From Nitrosopumilus sp. (lineage in GTDB: Archaea > Thermoproteota > Nitrososphaeria > Nitrososphaerales > Nitrosopumilaceae), in the NCBI GenBank assembly GCA_965214775.1, contig OZ243974.1, positions 1,408,001 through 1,472,000 of the forward strand: a stretch of DNA of 64,000 bases, in the 5' to 3' direction. The number at the start of each line of letters is the position of its first letter. The first letter of the stretch is position 1. Under the pieces are notes generated by a model that ran no database searches, had not been told where the DNA came from, and worked only from the letters and a program-made list of their open reading frames with translations. The translations under genes were made by a program, and so were the position numbers. This document shows positions 9,861-20,904 of this stretch, piece after piece.

Positions 9861-11867
9861 GTGATGCAAGTTTTGCGCATGTGGAGTCTTACGATGTCTG
9901 CCGTCCTGATTGGGGTGCTTGTCACTGTTTCCCTTGCAGCTGCGCAAACCGGGGAGCCTGCAGATTCCATAGACGTTCGTGTCAAGCACCACGACTCACA
10001 GGCAGCACCCAAGCCGGTCATATCAGTCTCGGAGGCGAACAGCACGTCACACGACCCGCCGTCGTCCCTTGTGGTGCGAGTAGTACACATCAACGACACG
10101 GCCCAGATCCAAGACGTTCGATCACATTCAGAGGCGGCAGCCAGCACGGGTACCACGTCTTCCATGAGCGTCTCTATCGAGTCAGAACAGGTAACGCCGG
10201 AGCTGCATGTAAAGTTCATGCACGCGTCCTCCAACACCAAGCGTTACCTGGGCGTCGACTCGGAACTGCGGCCCGTACCCATAGTCGACACCGCCCACGC
10301 GTCCTCCAACACCAAGCGTTACCTGGGCGTCGACTCGGAACTGCGGCCCGTACCCATAGTCGACACCGCCCACGCGTCCTCCAGCACCAGAAACATCCTC
10401 AGCTACGAGCCCGTAATACTGGAGCAAAACAGGATCCCCGACAACACGCTGGAGATCGTCTATGACTATACGCTGGAACACAGCGAGCTGGTGATCAACA
10501 GTAACCGGACCCTGCTGGAGAAGATCATAGTAACAGAGCAGACCGACGAGCCGAGACTCAGCCTTGAGAACCTGCTGGATGCAGGCCAGGCCGGCGGCAA
10601 CAACACGGCCACATTTCCCAACGACCTTGAGATGGACGTCGTCTTTGAGGGCATAAGCGCCGACCTTCTCCTCAGAAACGACACCGAGATAACCGGACCG
10701 CCGGACTGGGACGGAACGGTAAACCTGCCGGTATTCACAGAGGTTCACGTGCCGGTGATATCGGGCTCTGACGGAGGCACGGGAGACGTAAGATCCACGC
10801 TGCACATGGGCCTGTACGACGACATGTTGACATTTGACAAACCCGTAAGCATAACGTTTGAGGAAAAGGCAGGACAGAACGTCTTATACCACCGGGGCGG
10901 AGGGGATGACGAGCCGGTACCAATAGACGAGACCTGCAGCCGCAACGATCACGAGTCCGTATCAGTCCAGCTTGACGGCGCCGGCGAATGCAAGATAGAC
11001 GCGGATGCGGATCTGGTTGTATGGACGTTCCACTTTACGGACTTCATCACGGTCGGCCCGCCGCCTCGGGATCTGATACTTTCGGATCCGCCTGCGGATC
11101 CTATTGGCGGCCCGCCAGGACCTCCGGGCATTCCGCCGGTTCCGATTGACCCGCGTGAGACCCTGCCGCCTGCGCCCGAGCTGCCGCGCGACCGCCAGAC
11201 GCCAAGGTTGTCCTCCGGCGGTGGCGGTGGTGGCGGCGGAGGTGGTGGCGGTCACCCGGCCTCCGGATCACTTGACGACATAAGCGTCGACCTGTACTCC
11301 GTATCATGGGACTGCAACGCCGGCACGGTCCGAATCATCGCAGGACCCGACGAGCCGGAGCTGGTCTCCGCACAGGTCAGAACAACAGCATACGGCATGC
11401 AGCAGGCGGCCATATTATCCGGCGAGATGCTGGAGGGACGTATCGTGTTCACATCCGGCATTGCAGCTGACGAGTCGTATATCGGCGTGCAGGTACACGC
11501 GATGTCGGGCCGGAGCATCCTCAGCGTATCGGAGGGAATAACCGTACAGGAATGCGTGGGCGAGGAAACGTTTTCCACATATCGCCAACCTGCTGATCCG
11601 ATCCCGCAGCATGACAGTATTCTTCATGTTCCCTCAGACAGCGGTGCAAGGGATGCGGATCCTGCCATGCCGCCGGCGTTCGTACCGGAACCAGTGGAGC
11701 CGGAACCCGTAGAGCCCGCAATGCCCGCAGATCCGGCAAAACCCGTGATATCAGCAGAGCCGGCATGGCCTACAAAAACCGCAATGCCGGCAGAGTCCGC
11801 AGAGCCAGAGGATCGTGGGCTCTTTGAGATGCTTGTGGACTTTGTCAGAAAGTTGCTTGGCTGGTGA
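9861..11867 (+). CDS. secreted/surface protein with poly-Gly and Pro-rich linkers
   Basis: Signal peptide, G13 tract, PEPVEP repeats, amphipathic C-terminus (GLFEMLVDFVRKLLGW). Confidence 0.75.
   Translation: MMQVLRMWSLTMSAVLIGVLVTVSLAAAQTGEPADSIDVRVKHHDSQAAPKPVISVSEANSTSHDPPSSLVVRVVHINDTAQIQDVRSHSEAAASTGTTSSMSVSIESEQVTPELHVKFMHASSNTKRYLGVDSELRPVPIVDTAHASSNTKRYLGVDSELRPVPIVDTAHASSSTRNILSYEPVILEQNRIPDNTLEIVYDYTLEHSELVINSNRTLLEKIIVTEQTDEPRLSLENLLDAGQAGGNNTATFPNDLEMDVVFEGISADLLLRNDTEITGPPDWDGTVNLPVFTEVHVPVISGSDGGTGDVRSTLHMGLYDDMLTFDKPVSITFEEKAGQNVLYHRGGGDDEPVPIDETCSRNDHESVSVQLDGAGECKIDADADLVVWTFHFTDFITVGPPPRDLILSDPPADPIGGPPGPPGIPPVPIDPRETLPPAPELPRDRQTPRLSSGGGGGGGGGGGGHPASGSLDDISVDLYSVSWDCNAGTVRIIAGPDEPELVSAQVRTTAYGMQQAAILSGEMLEGRIVFTSGIAADESYIGVQVHAMSGRSILSVSEGITVQECVGEETFSTYRQPADPIPQHDSILHVPSDSGARDADPAMPPAFVPEPVEPEPVEPAMPADPAKPVISAEPAWPTKTAMPAESAEPEDRGLFEMLVDFVRKLLGW
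10221..10383 (+). repeat. exact 75-bp in-frame tandem duplication
   Basis: HASSNTKRYLGVDSELRPVPIVDTA twice plus a partial third unit. Confidence 0.9.
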
Positions 11868-11924
11868 CTGCAAGACGGGTAACGCAGCCGTGGATTTCAT
11901 TGCATTGCAAAAATACTTTCGATC

Positions 11925-12066
11925 AGAGTTGACCCAAAATTAGCGAATTCTGAACCATCTGTGAACGAATCTGCGTAAAATATCTCAGAATATCGGCAAA
12001 ATACGTAAAAATTGTCCGTGAAATCGCTTGAAAAACTCGCATAGCTTCTAATTTCGGATCATCTCT
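11925..12066. mobile_element. MITE family G copy
   Basis: agagttgacccaaaattagc ... ctaatttcggatcatctct. Confidence 0.75.
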
Positions 12067-12239
12067 ATGGGCAGCATTTGGCATCCTCATATCCTGCAAA
12101 TGCCAGTGCGAATGTAATCTGATGCCCCCGCCAAGAATAACTATGAACAAAGTTCATACACCGACATTCCTACTTGACGGGGGCCGGAATGCCGATGATA
12201 CAAGCAGGCAGATATGGCATAATAAGAAAATGGACAAAT

Positions 12240-12262
12240 GATCCATATAGCTTATAAACACA
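12240..12262 (+). promoter_or_regulatory. probable TATA box of S-layer gene
   Basis: TTATAAA about 30 nt upstream of the ATG at 12287. Confidence 0.5.
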
Positions 12263-12286
12263 AATTTTGATTGGAAATTAATAACA

Positions 12287-15200
12287 ATGTTTAAAGAAAT
12301 AAGACGCAAAACAACTAGTTTAATATTGATGGCAATCATGGTTGCCGGCGGTATGACATTTGCAGTCCCTGGCATGATGCCGGCTGCATATGCTGCCAAC
12401 GATAACCTGATTGTCTCCGCAGAAAACTCACAGTTTGAGAACTATATGGCAGGTCCTCAGGTAATCGAGGTAGTCGTTAATGACCCTGGCTTACGTGATA
12501 CTGATGAAGGCAAGGGTGAGCCCACCGTTACCGTTAACGGCCAGGATCTGAGAATGGTTCAGGCCACTGACGGCCAATGGTATGGCTACTTTGCCGAGAA
12601 AACAATGGCAGATCGCGCAGATGATACCACAACAAATCCTGGCAAAGGACTTGACTTTGGCAGTATCTGTCCTGCAGGTGAATACGGCACCGTCTCATTT
12701 TCCGATGCTGACGGTGTTGCAATTAATACTGATAATGACTGTAATGCAACCCCCGATCCTAACACAAAAATCATGAACGTACTAAGAGAAACAACAGACA
12801 TCAATGAACATGTTGATGCTAATCCTGCTGGCCAAATTGGCCTTGATGCAAATTACTGGCCCATAATCCAGCTTTATGACTTCACAACAGGCGGCAACGT
12901 TGTTATACAGTACGAGAACCAGGCGACTACACTCACCTTTGACGCAGCCGACGACTATGCCGGCATCGAGCTGGACAGAACCATGTACCCACAGAGCTCA
13001 CAAGTCCACGCAACCGTTACTGACACTTGGCTGAACATCGATCCTACTGACGAGGACTCTTGGAGTTGGGATGCCAGCGCCGACTACGGAACTGTCGCAC
13101 ACTACCAGGTCTTTGACGAAAGTGGTAATGAGCCAGGCATCGAAAATGATACTATTGTTACTGGCAACGCTTTCGGCATGGAGGATCTGATGCAGGAGGA
13201 TGCAGTCTTTACACTGGATGTTAATACACAGGATCGTAAGATTGTTGTGGAGCTTCAAAAAAATACGAACGCTAATCGCACATCCATTGGTAGTATCGGT
13301 CAACTTCTAACGCTCACAGAACAGGGACCAAACAGTGGCGTATTTGGCACGTACGACGAATCCGACGAATCGATTCTCAAGATAACCGATGATGCCGCAA
13401 GACGCACATCGGCGACAATCGGCTATAACGATTCGCCAGTATCTGTCCTAGTAGAATTTGACTTTGCTACCATTGAAATCCAACCAGTCGATGACACATG
13501 GAACTCTGGTGAGAGCATTCCAATAGTCATTGAGGATGCAGATCAAAACAAGAACAGCAGAGTCGATGAGGCTATTGAAGTTAGCAATCCTGATTCGGTG
13601 ATTCCAACATTGACGATCGGTGATCCGTTCACAATAGGTAATTTCCCAGTGGAATATGACCCAGTGGATGATGTCGACAAAGGTACAATTACAACCAATA
13701 CTGTTGAGAACGACACTTGGAGTTATACTGTCGAACCATTCTCACAAAGAGCCATAATTGAGGCTAGCAGTCTATCAATCTCTGCGATTACTCTCAATGG
13801 TGGTGATGGAGTGACTATGGCTGATCTACAGAGTAGGCTGGTTCCTGTCTTTCAGGATCCAACCGACCCCGATGCAAAAGGCTATGGTTTCAACTTTGTC
13901 AACTATGATCTAAGGTCACTTGAAGTAGAAAACGTTCGAGTGACATTGATTGAGAATGATACTCCTACCAACATTCATACCGGTGGCGGTTCACAGGGCT
14001 ATGCGCTAATCGACGAAGAAGACGTGGACACCATCCTTGCAATGTCTGACGATTCGCCGATTGAACTTGAAATCGGCTTTGATCCTATTAGTACAACTGA
14101 TGGCACAGAATACCCAATCGTGGTTGACTTCTTCTCGTTCGGTTTCGAAGGTGACGGCGAACAAGCCTCTGAAAGGTTTGCAAACCAGATCATCAGAATC
14201 GAGGCCGAAGAGTCGGGTGACAATACCAGCACCTTTGAAGGTGAATTGGAATATGTCATGGTCAACCAGATCAACATACAAGAGCTTGATACATTTGCAG
14301 ACATCACTACGATCTCAGACGAACCAACATTTATCGTAATGGAGGATTATACTGACGAGGACGATGTACGAGTTACCTATAGCGACTTGGGTTCTGACGG
14401 CGTTGTCACTCCGGTATCAGACCAGGAGGCAGCTCCGAGCCACTCTGGCGTCGTATCACTGAATCAGGATTCCTACAAGATTGCTGATACTGTGGTAATT
14501 ACGCTTGAAGACGCGGATCTCAACGTGGACTCTGATCTCATTGACATCTTTACCGTTGTCAACAATGACACCTTTGATACATTTGACACAGTCGGTTCTG
14601 CCAACACTCAGGATTTGAGCTTTGGTGAACTAGGCAGGATGTTGGATGTCACGTTTGATGACGTACCCTGGATAGATACTGGTGACGAGTGTGATGCCTC
14701 ATACGATGACGGTCTTGGAGCTACCGGCTTCTCATTGATAGAGACCGGTACGGCAACAGGAGTGTTTGTTGGCGATTTCCAAATCCCAATGGACTGGTGC
14801 CGAGCTGATGACGTTGATCCAGAGACTACAACCGGACTTGATATCGAGGTCAACTATGTTGACTTTCGTGACGCATCCGGTGAAATCATCGAGGTAGGCG
14901 ATTCGGCAGGCGTAAGAGCCAACACTGGTTCGGTCAGCCTGGACAGAACAGTCTATCCGGTACCATTTGGTGCACCTGATGACTTTACAGAAGAACAAAA
15001 CCATCAGGGACCTGAAGGTAGATCGGTATTTCCGGTTCACTTTTCAGCCGATGGCTTTGGTGCCACTGAGAGTGTAGCTGAAAGAGCTCCCTACTTCCTG
15101 CAAAATGGCGACCTGACGATCCACGTCAGAATCAACGACCCGGACTTTGACATAAATCCGGCCGGTGAGGACGAAATCGCACAAAATGTAGAAGATAAAG

Positions 15201-17149
15201 AACTCGGTCCAGTCAAAATCTCTGTATCGAGAGGCTCCAGCAGCGTCATCCTCGGCTATGCCGGTGGTGAAGTAGATAACCCTGATGGTCTCATCCATGT
15301 GGGAGAAGAAAGTGAAGTCGATGAGGCTACTGTCAGACAATTTGGTGCAATTTCTGAAATTGCACCAGACGCAGGTATTTACGAGTTAGACTTGCCTCTA
15401 AGATACACTGACGGTCCTGCAGATAGTCAATGTCCAAACCACTCTGTTTACGGCGACGATCCTACAGTTAGCAATCCAGCACACAGATTCGCTGTCCCTG
15501 ATGGCTACAATGGCGAGGACTTTTGTATCCTGCAAGGAGATATTCTCCAGGTAGAATACACAGACCCGACTGATGCATCAGGCGATCAAAACACTGTGAC
15601 TGATTCTGCAACCTTTGACCTGAGAAATGGCGTATTGCAATCCGACAAATCCGTCTACATTATCGGTTCAGACATGATCTTGACACTCATTGAACCAGAC
15701 TTGGATCTGGACAATGATGCTGCTGAGACCTATGACCTGGATCTGATTGAATGGGACTCTGATGCGTCAACAACCACCATGGGCGACCTTGGCGGTGAGA
15801 TAAATGCAGCAGCGTTTGACCCAGAACCAACAGCCTTTAGAGAAACAGGTGACAGCACTGGTATCTTCCAGGTTGTCATCGAGGTTCCTCAAGAGCTTGA
15901 TGGTGACAGCCTAGAAAGAGGAGAAGAGATTGCTCTCGAGTATACTGACTGGGGCCCATCCGGATCTGATTATGTAGGTGACGAAGACGAAGACGTCCAG
16001 TTGACTGTCTATACTTCAAACTTCGGTGCAACAATAGAGCTTGATCAAAAAATCTACACGTGGACTGACAAGGTATACATTACAATCGTAGCCCCAGACC
16101 ACAACTTTGACGGCGACTTGGTTGACGAAATCGGTGACACTGACGTAGACGCGATAAGGATCTCAACCAGAGACAATGAACTCGAACCATACAAGCTAGT
16201 CGAGACCGGAACTGACACAGGCATCTTTACTGGTGAGGTTATCCTTACTGGTTTCACATACAATGCTGATGGCGATTCCGATACCGGCGATGAGGACGGC
16301 ATTGATGTAGATCCAATTGAATCCTCTGGCAACGGTCCAACTGATGGAAAGTTGTCAGCCAAGGACGATGACGGACTTTCTGTCTCCTTTGAATTCTCAG
16401 AGGACGAGACTGTAGTTGCGTCAGCACTCATCAGATGGAACATCGGTGAAGTCCAATGGTTAGAGGCAAGCTATCCGGCTAGCGGAACAGGTGTTGTAAG
16501 AATAATTGATCCAGACATGAACCTAGATCCAGAAGCAGTCGACAACTTCAATGTCGATGTGTGGTCTGACTCCGATTCAGGAGGTATTGGTCTTACCGTA
16601 ACTGAGACAAACGAGGCAACCGGAATCTTCGAAGGCACCGTATTCTTTACGGTTACCGACGTATCATCCGGCCACAGACTCAGAGTCGCAGAAGGTGACA
16701 CAGTCACCGCAAGTTACGATGATTATACACTGCCTGAACCATACGACACTGGAGACAGTATTGATGTCAAGGCCACTTCGCTAATCGGCACTGTCGTACC
16801 ACCCCTCGAGAGAGCACCAGTTGCTAACTTGAAGACAGTTGACTCATTTGGAAACACGTTAGACTCTGTTTCCGTTGATCAACAGGTACAGATCAGCGCC
16901 GACTTGGCAAATGGCCAGGACAAGGAGCAGCTATTTGCATACCTGGTACAGATTCAGGATGCAAACGGCGTCACAGTCTCACTGTCATGGATTGATGGTG
17001 AACTGACTCCAGGTCAGTCATTCAGCCCGGCCGTGTCATGGATTCCAGCTGATTCAGGAGCATACACTGCTACTGCATTTGTCTGGGAGTCCGTTAACAA
17101 TCCTACGGCACTATCACCACCGCTAAGTACGACCATCAACGTAAGCTAA
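12287..17149 (+). CDS. slaA: major S-layer protein (Nitrosopumilus SlaA-type)
   Basis: 1620 aa, very acidic; signal MFKEIRRKTTSLILMAIMVAGGMTFAVPG, repeated ETG..TGIF.G motifs, C-terminal FVWESVNNPTALSPPLSTTINV typical of thaumarchaeal S-layer proteins. Confidence 0.9.
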   Translation: MFKEIRRKTTSLILMAIMVAGGMTFAVPGMMPAAYAANDNLIVSAENSQFENYMAGPQVIEVVVNDPGLRDTDEGKGEPTVTVNGQDLRMVQATDGQWYGYFAEKTMADRADDTTTNPGKGLDFGSICPAGEYGTVSFSDADGVAINTDNDCNATPDPNTKIMNVLRETTDINEHVDANPAGQIGLDANYWPIIQLYDFTTGGNVVIQYENQATTLTFDAADDYAGIELDRTMYPQSSQVHATVTDTWLNIDPTDEDSWSWDASADYGTVAHYQVFDESGNEPGIENDTIVTGNAFGMEDLMQEDAVFTLDVNTQDRKIVVELQKNTNANRTSIGSIGQLLTLTEQGPNSGVFGTYDESDESILKITDDAARRTSATIGYNDSPVSVLVEFDFATIEIQPVDDTWNSGESIPIVIEDADQNKNSRVDEAIEVSNPDSVIPTLTIGDPFTIGNFPVEYDPVDDVDKGTITTNTVENDTWSYTVEPFSQRAIIEASSLSISAITLNGGDGVTMADLQSRLVPVFQDPTDPDAKGYGFNFVNYDLRSLEVENVRVTLIENDTPTNIHTGGGSQGYALIDEEDVDTILAMSDDSPIELEIGFDPISTTDGTEYPIVVDFFSFGFEGDGEQASERFANQIIRIEAEESGDNTSTFEGELEYVMVNQINIQELDTFADITTISDEPTFIVMEDYTDEDDVRVTYSDLGSDGVVTPVSDQEAAPSHSGVVSLNQDSYKIADTVVITLEDADLNVDSDLIDIFTVVNNDTFDTFDTVGSANTQDLSFGELGRMLDVTFDDVPWIDTGDECDASYDDGLGATGFSLIETGTATGVFVGDFQIPMDWCRADDVDPETTTGLDIEVNYVDFRDASGEIIEVGDSAGVRANTGSVSLDRTVYPVPFGAPDDFTEEQNHQGPEGRSVFPVHFSADGFGATESVAERAPYFLQNGDLTIHVRINDPDFDINPAGEDEIAQNVEDKELGPVKISVSRGSSSVILGYAGGEVDNPDGLIHVGEESEVDEATVRQFGAISEIAPDAGIYELDLPLRYTDGPADSQCPNHSVYGDDPTVSNPAHRFAVPDGYNGEDFCILQGDILQVEYTDPTDASGDQNTVTDSATFDLRNGVLQSDKSVYIIGSDMILTLIEPDLDLDNDAAETYDLDLIEWDSDASTTTMGDLGGEINAAAFDPEPTAFRETGDSTGIFQVVIEVPQELDGDSLERGEEIALEYTDWGPSGSDYVGDEDEDVQLTVYTSNFGATIELDQKIYTWTDKVYITIVAPDHNFDGDLVDEIGDTDVDAIRISTRDNELEPYKLVETGTDTGIFTGEVILTGFTYNADGDSDTGDEDGIDVDPIESSGNGPTDGKLSAKDDDGLSVSFEFSEDETVVASALIRWNIGEVQWLEASYPASGTGVVRIIDPDMNLDPEAVDNFNVDVWSDSDSGGIGLTVTETNEATGIFEGTVFFTVTDVSSGHRLRVAEGDTVTASYDDYTLPEPYDTGDSIDVKATSLIGTVVPPLERAPVANLKTVDSFGNTLDSVSVDQQVQISADLANGQDKEQLFAYLVQIQDANGVTVSLSWIDGELTPGQSFSPAVSWIPADSGAYTATAFVWESVNNPTALSPPLSTTINVS

Positions 17150-17171
17150 AACAAACAAACTAGTTCAAACT

Positions 17172-17190
17172 ACCCCTTTTCTTTTTTTTG
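17172..17190 (+). terminator. archaeal oligo-T terminator
   Basis: cccctttttctttttttt just after the slaA stop. Confidence 0.6.
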
Positions 17191-17212
17191 ACTGAAAAAA
17201 TACAAGACCTTC

Positions 17213-18267
17213 CTGTAGACGAAATTCTATCATATGAAAATTCGATCCGCCTAAGACAAGGCGTATGATATCTGAATGTTTCAGGCCGTATCAATCAGAT
17301 AAAGACGTGACAAAAAAGATGTCGGACAAAGATCAAGTATGTCATCCGTGTATATGGCCGGAAAGAGCGCCACGGCACTGGTGTAACATGAAGGTAACGC
17401 CACGGCACGTGAGGATTTACGCCAGATACCACCGAATCAAAATGACGTATGTGCCTCAAAAGGCGGGAAGAAAAACAGCATCGCAGTAGCCCGCAGCAGG
17501 CCAGGTACATGCAGTCCTCTACATGCGCTCTGCAGAACACGTAGGCATGATGCGCACGACCATACACCTGCAGGATGCAGGTCACATTATAAGCTACAAC
17601 AGCGCATATCAGATAATGAAGGAGCAGAAACTCGTTACTCCATCAGATGCAAAGTCGGACCAAAAAAAGTGGCTGCGCTATGAGCGCAAGTACTCCAACA
17701 CAATATGGCACGTGGACTGGCACACCGTGAAGGATCCACGCCTGAGAGGGCTCAATCCAGTCACGTTTTTGGGCGATTCCTCCCGGTGTATCATGGCCGC
17801 ACAAACGTTTGCCTGGACCACATCAGAAAACGTGGTGATAACACCCTGCAATATCATAGACAGGTTTGGCACGCCTGCCCACATACTGTCTGAGAACGGC
17901 AGGTGTTTTAATGGCGGCCGCAGCAAGAAGAACATGCCACGCAGAACGTGGAGGCCGACTCCATTTGAGGCCGAGCTACTCGACTGTAAAATCAGGCCGA
18001 TAAACTCCGGGCCGTATCATCTGGAGACCAACGGTAATCTGGAACAATTGCACGGCAGCATGGAGGCTGAAATCGGCCACTATGAGAGCATGAATGCACA
18101 CATAAAGTATTATGATAAACGCAGACCGGCACTTTGGACTGGATATACCCTGCTGCCAGACGCCCATCATGGCATTCTCAGACAAGACGGCCACAGAAAC
18201 AACAGGAAAAAGACCAAAAATGAACGGAGGAACACCAATGAATAGCGAACCTGATTTCCATGCAACA
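17213..18267 (+). pseudogene. degenerate IS481 element
   Basis: Left end resembles the TIR of the IS at 31225-32265; RYERKYSNTIWHVDWH remnant with stops and frameshifts. Confidence 0.8.
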
Positions 18268-18909
18268 CAACAAGAAATAAAAACAAAAAAAGATACAAAG
18301 TCAAGCAGTGAAAAACAGAACGAATCCTCCAAAAAATACTATTACGATCATGCAGATGAAATAAACGAGAAGAAAAGAAAAAAATACTGGGAGAACGTCG
18401 ACGAGGCGCGGGAATATCTCCGAAAAAACTACCAAAAAAACAAGGAAAAATTAAAGGCGCGCTCCAGAAAGCACTATCACGATCACGCAGATGAAATAAA
18501 AGAGAAGAAAAGAAAAAAATACTGGGAGAACGTCGACGAGGAGCGGGCAGCCGCGCGAGAAAGGCACTCAAAAAACTACCAAAAAAACAAGGAAAAATTA
18601 AAGGCGCGCTCCAAAAAGCACTATCACGATCACGCAGATGAAATAAAAGAGAAGAAAAGAACGCTGAAACTAAAAGAGTTCCGGATAAGGTGCCACTTTT
18701 GCAAGAAGGAATTCTTCTCAAAAAGAAACCAGTTTGACAAAATAGTAAAAAAGAGGCCGTTCTGCCAGAGCTGCAAGAAAAACACGCCTCCCAACGTTCC
18801 AAGATTATACTGCAAACGGTGCAAGAGAAACATCTTCTCAAAGTATGAGAATCCCAGATGCTACAAGTGTGGGAGACATTCCCAACTGGTTCCATTCGCA
18901 TCAGACTAG
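18238..18909 (+). CDS. Lys-rich repeat protein with C-terminal CxxC zinc ribbons (5' end fused to IS remnant)
   Basis: Repeated HADEIKEKKRKKYWENVDE / KNYQKNKEKLKARS units; CHFC, CQSC, CKRC, CYKC. Confidence 0.6.
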   Translation: MNSEPDFHATQQEIKTKKDTKSSSEKQNESSKKYYYDHADEINEKKRKKYWENVDEAREYLRKNYQKNKEKLKARSRKHYHDHADEIKEKKRKKYWENVDEERAAARERHSKNYQKNKEKLKARSKKHYHDHADEIKEKKRTLKLKEFRIRCHFCKKEFFSKRNQFDKIVKKRPFCQSCKKNTPPNVPRLYCKRCKRNIFSKYENPRCYKCGRHSQLVPFASD

Positions 18910-19022
18910 CTCAGGTACGGTATGATGATGGTAGAATAGAACTTGGATTTGTCTCAGACCACAGCAGAAAGGGTGAACCTTGTATAGCAAACAACTTAAG
19001 GCGCAAAGATGCCCAAAGTGCC

Positions 19023-19787
19023 ATGGAGCACATCAACGGTGGCACCGACACCGGCGGGGGAGGGAGGCCTGTCAGCAGGGTCTGGGCGTGTGTGTTCTCA
19101 GTCACCATATTTGCGGTGTTGTGGACCGGCAAGATGAAAAAGACGAGAAGATGGGCGGCACTCTTTGTGGTGCTTGTACTGGCCTTCTCGGCAGACGAGA
19201 TGCTCTACCCGCTTGACGGTTCCACGACCTGGTGGGATCTGGTGGGGTATGATGTCCCAAACCCACAAATCGAGGATCTCGTAGGTACGGCAATGCAGAG
19301 CGGCGCTCCAGATACTACTGATGCCATCGCAGACGGCACGGTACGCGCCGCATCCGTGGTGCTGACGCTGCTGTGGGACTGGGTTGTGCCCGTCGGCCCC
19401 GTGTTTGCCATGATATACTGCGTGTTCAGGTGGACTACCAAGTACAACCTTGAGAACTTTGGATGCAGGTCAAAGAGGGAATGGAAGCGCAGGGATCCGG
19501 CGCAGAGAAACGTTGAGGAAGAGGTGGCCGATGCAGGCCGGAGGGTGGCGGCGGGCTTTGGGAATCTCGGCAAAAGGGCTGCAGGGAGGGTGCCGTCCGG
19601 GAAGATAAGGGGCTACGGCGCGTCTGCAGCAGACAAGGCGACATGGCTCTCAGAGAAGATGCGAGAACCAAACCACGACAGGGCAATAAGGGAGATCGAG
19701 AAATACCACGACCTGATGTTGCGTGGAATAATCTCAAGATCCGACTTTGAAATGAAAAAGGACGCGCTGCTGGGCCTCGAAAAGTAG
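19023..19787 (+). CDS. membrane protein with C-terminal SHOCT domain, copy 1
   Basis: Hydrophobic segments; IREIEKYHDLMLRGIISRSDFEMKKDALL; near-identical to 45963-46727. Confidence 0.75.
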   Translation: MEHINGGTDTGGGGRPVSRVWACVFSVTIFAVLWTGKMKKTRRWAALFVVLVLAFSADEMLYPLDGSTTWWDLVGYDVPNPQIEDLVGTAMQSGAPDTTDAIADGTVRAASVVLTLLWDWVVPVGPVFAMIYCVFRWTTKYNLENFGCRSKREWKRRDPAQRNVEEEVADAGRRVAAGFGNLGKRAAGRVPSGKIRGYGASAADKATWLSEKMREPNHDRAIREIEKYHDLMLRGIISRSDFEMKKDALLGLEK

Positions 19788-20009
19788 CCGGCCACGATCC
19801 TAAAAACTGTCATTTGACAAGCATCATCCTTATTGACACTGCATCCTGTTTCAGGATGCCTGCATTTGGGACAATAATTGGATATTTATCTAACCATTAC
19901 CAAGTTATGGGATGATGGTAAGAAATCACGTCAAAAGATCACATGAGGCAGTGTGCCCAAGGTGCAAGTATGTCCAGAACACAATGATGGAATCCGGGCG
20001 TGTCATACA

Positions 20010-20453
20010 ATGAGGAATTTCGTATTTAATCGTGATGAAACTAGGCTGTTGATTTTATCTAGATTGTATCAAAAATACTACTCTGGATGTACATTCACAT
20101 ATCTACAAACGGCAGCAATTTTTTCTGATCTCCTAGAACAACAACCTGATGCATTGACTGGAGATTTAGTATATCTTGAACAAAAAAAGATGATTGAGGT
20201 TTTGCGAGGACTTAACGAGCGATTGCCAAACTCAGTAATGATTACCGCTCATGGGATTGACAGATATGAGACGTCTATGCAAAAGGCATATGAAAAGATT
20301 CTTAATTCTAAATCTAGCATTCCAGAAGACATCGAATCTGATCTTAAGGCTAGAGTATGGGATAAAGCAGTTGAATGGTTTGAAAATCCTCCTGACTTTG
20401 TAAGACCTTTCGCTAAGTTCTTTGTAGATGCATTACAGTCTTCCCAGATGTAA
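20010..20453 (+). CDS. hypothetical winged-helix-like protein
   Basis: LLILSRLY...DLVYLEQKKMIE...ITAHGIDRYE pattern; AT-rich. Confidence 0.55.
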   Translation: MRNFVFNRDETRLLILSRLYQKYYSGCTFTYLQTAAIFSDLLEQQPDALTGDLVYLEQKKMIEVLRGLNERLPNSVMITAHGIDRYETSMQKAYEKILNSKSSIPEDIESDLKARVWDKAVEWFENPPDFVRPFAKFFVDALQSSQM

Positions 20454-20904
20454 TCCGGCCCATGGCTGTGCAGATGTTGATGTACAGATCTGCAGGCAGC
20501 CTAATCTGAATTGTGTCAAATTTGGAACCGTTTTACGAGGATCTTCTGGGAAGACTGCATTAGGATGCGACTTTGAGTAGGACTAAACCACGAATAAGTT
20601 TCTTAGATACATCATCTAAGTGAAAGTATCCCAGCTAGGCAGAAAATCAAGTATTTCAGACCATCTTGACAACATTGGTAGATGCAAACAGAACAATTGC
20701 GATGCGGCCCATGAGTCATTCATAAACAACGAATCCTATGCTAGATTCAGACTGGCCGGTTAGCAAAGAAGAGCTGTCAAAACCATTTGGTTTGGGTCCA
20801 AAATAGGCGGTGAATGCTAGATTAGTCCCATCAGACCCGCCTCGTTTTTGGCATTTATTTAGGACACTACAACACCTAGTATGACGGGGGTTGTCGCCTA
20901 ATTC

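Noticed and set aside
18167-18901. 244-aa minus-strand Phe/Ser-rich ORF and similar antisense ORFs over IS and GC-rich genes
   Set aside because: Shadow frames of the Lys-rich or GC-rich genes on the opposite strand.
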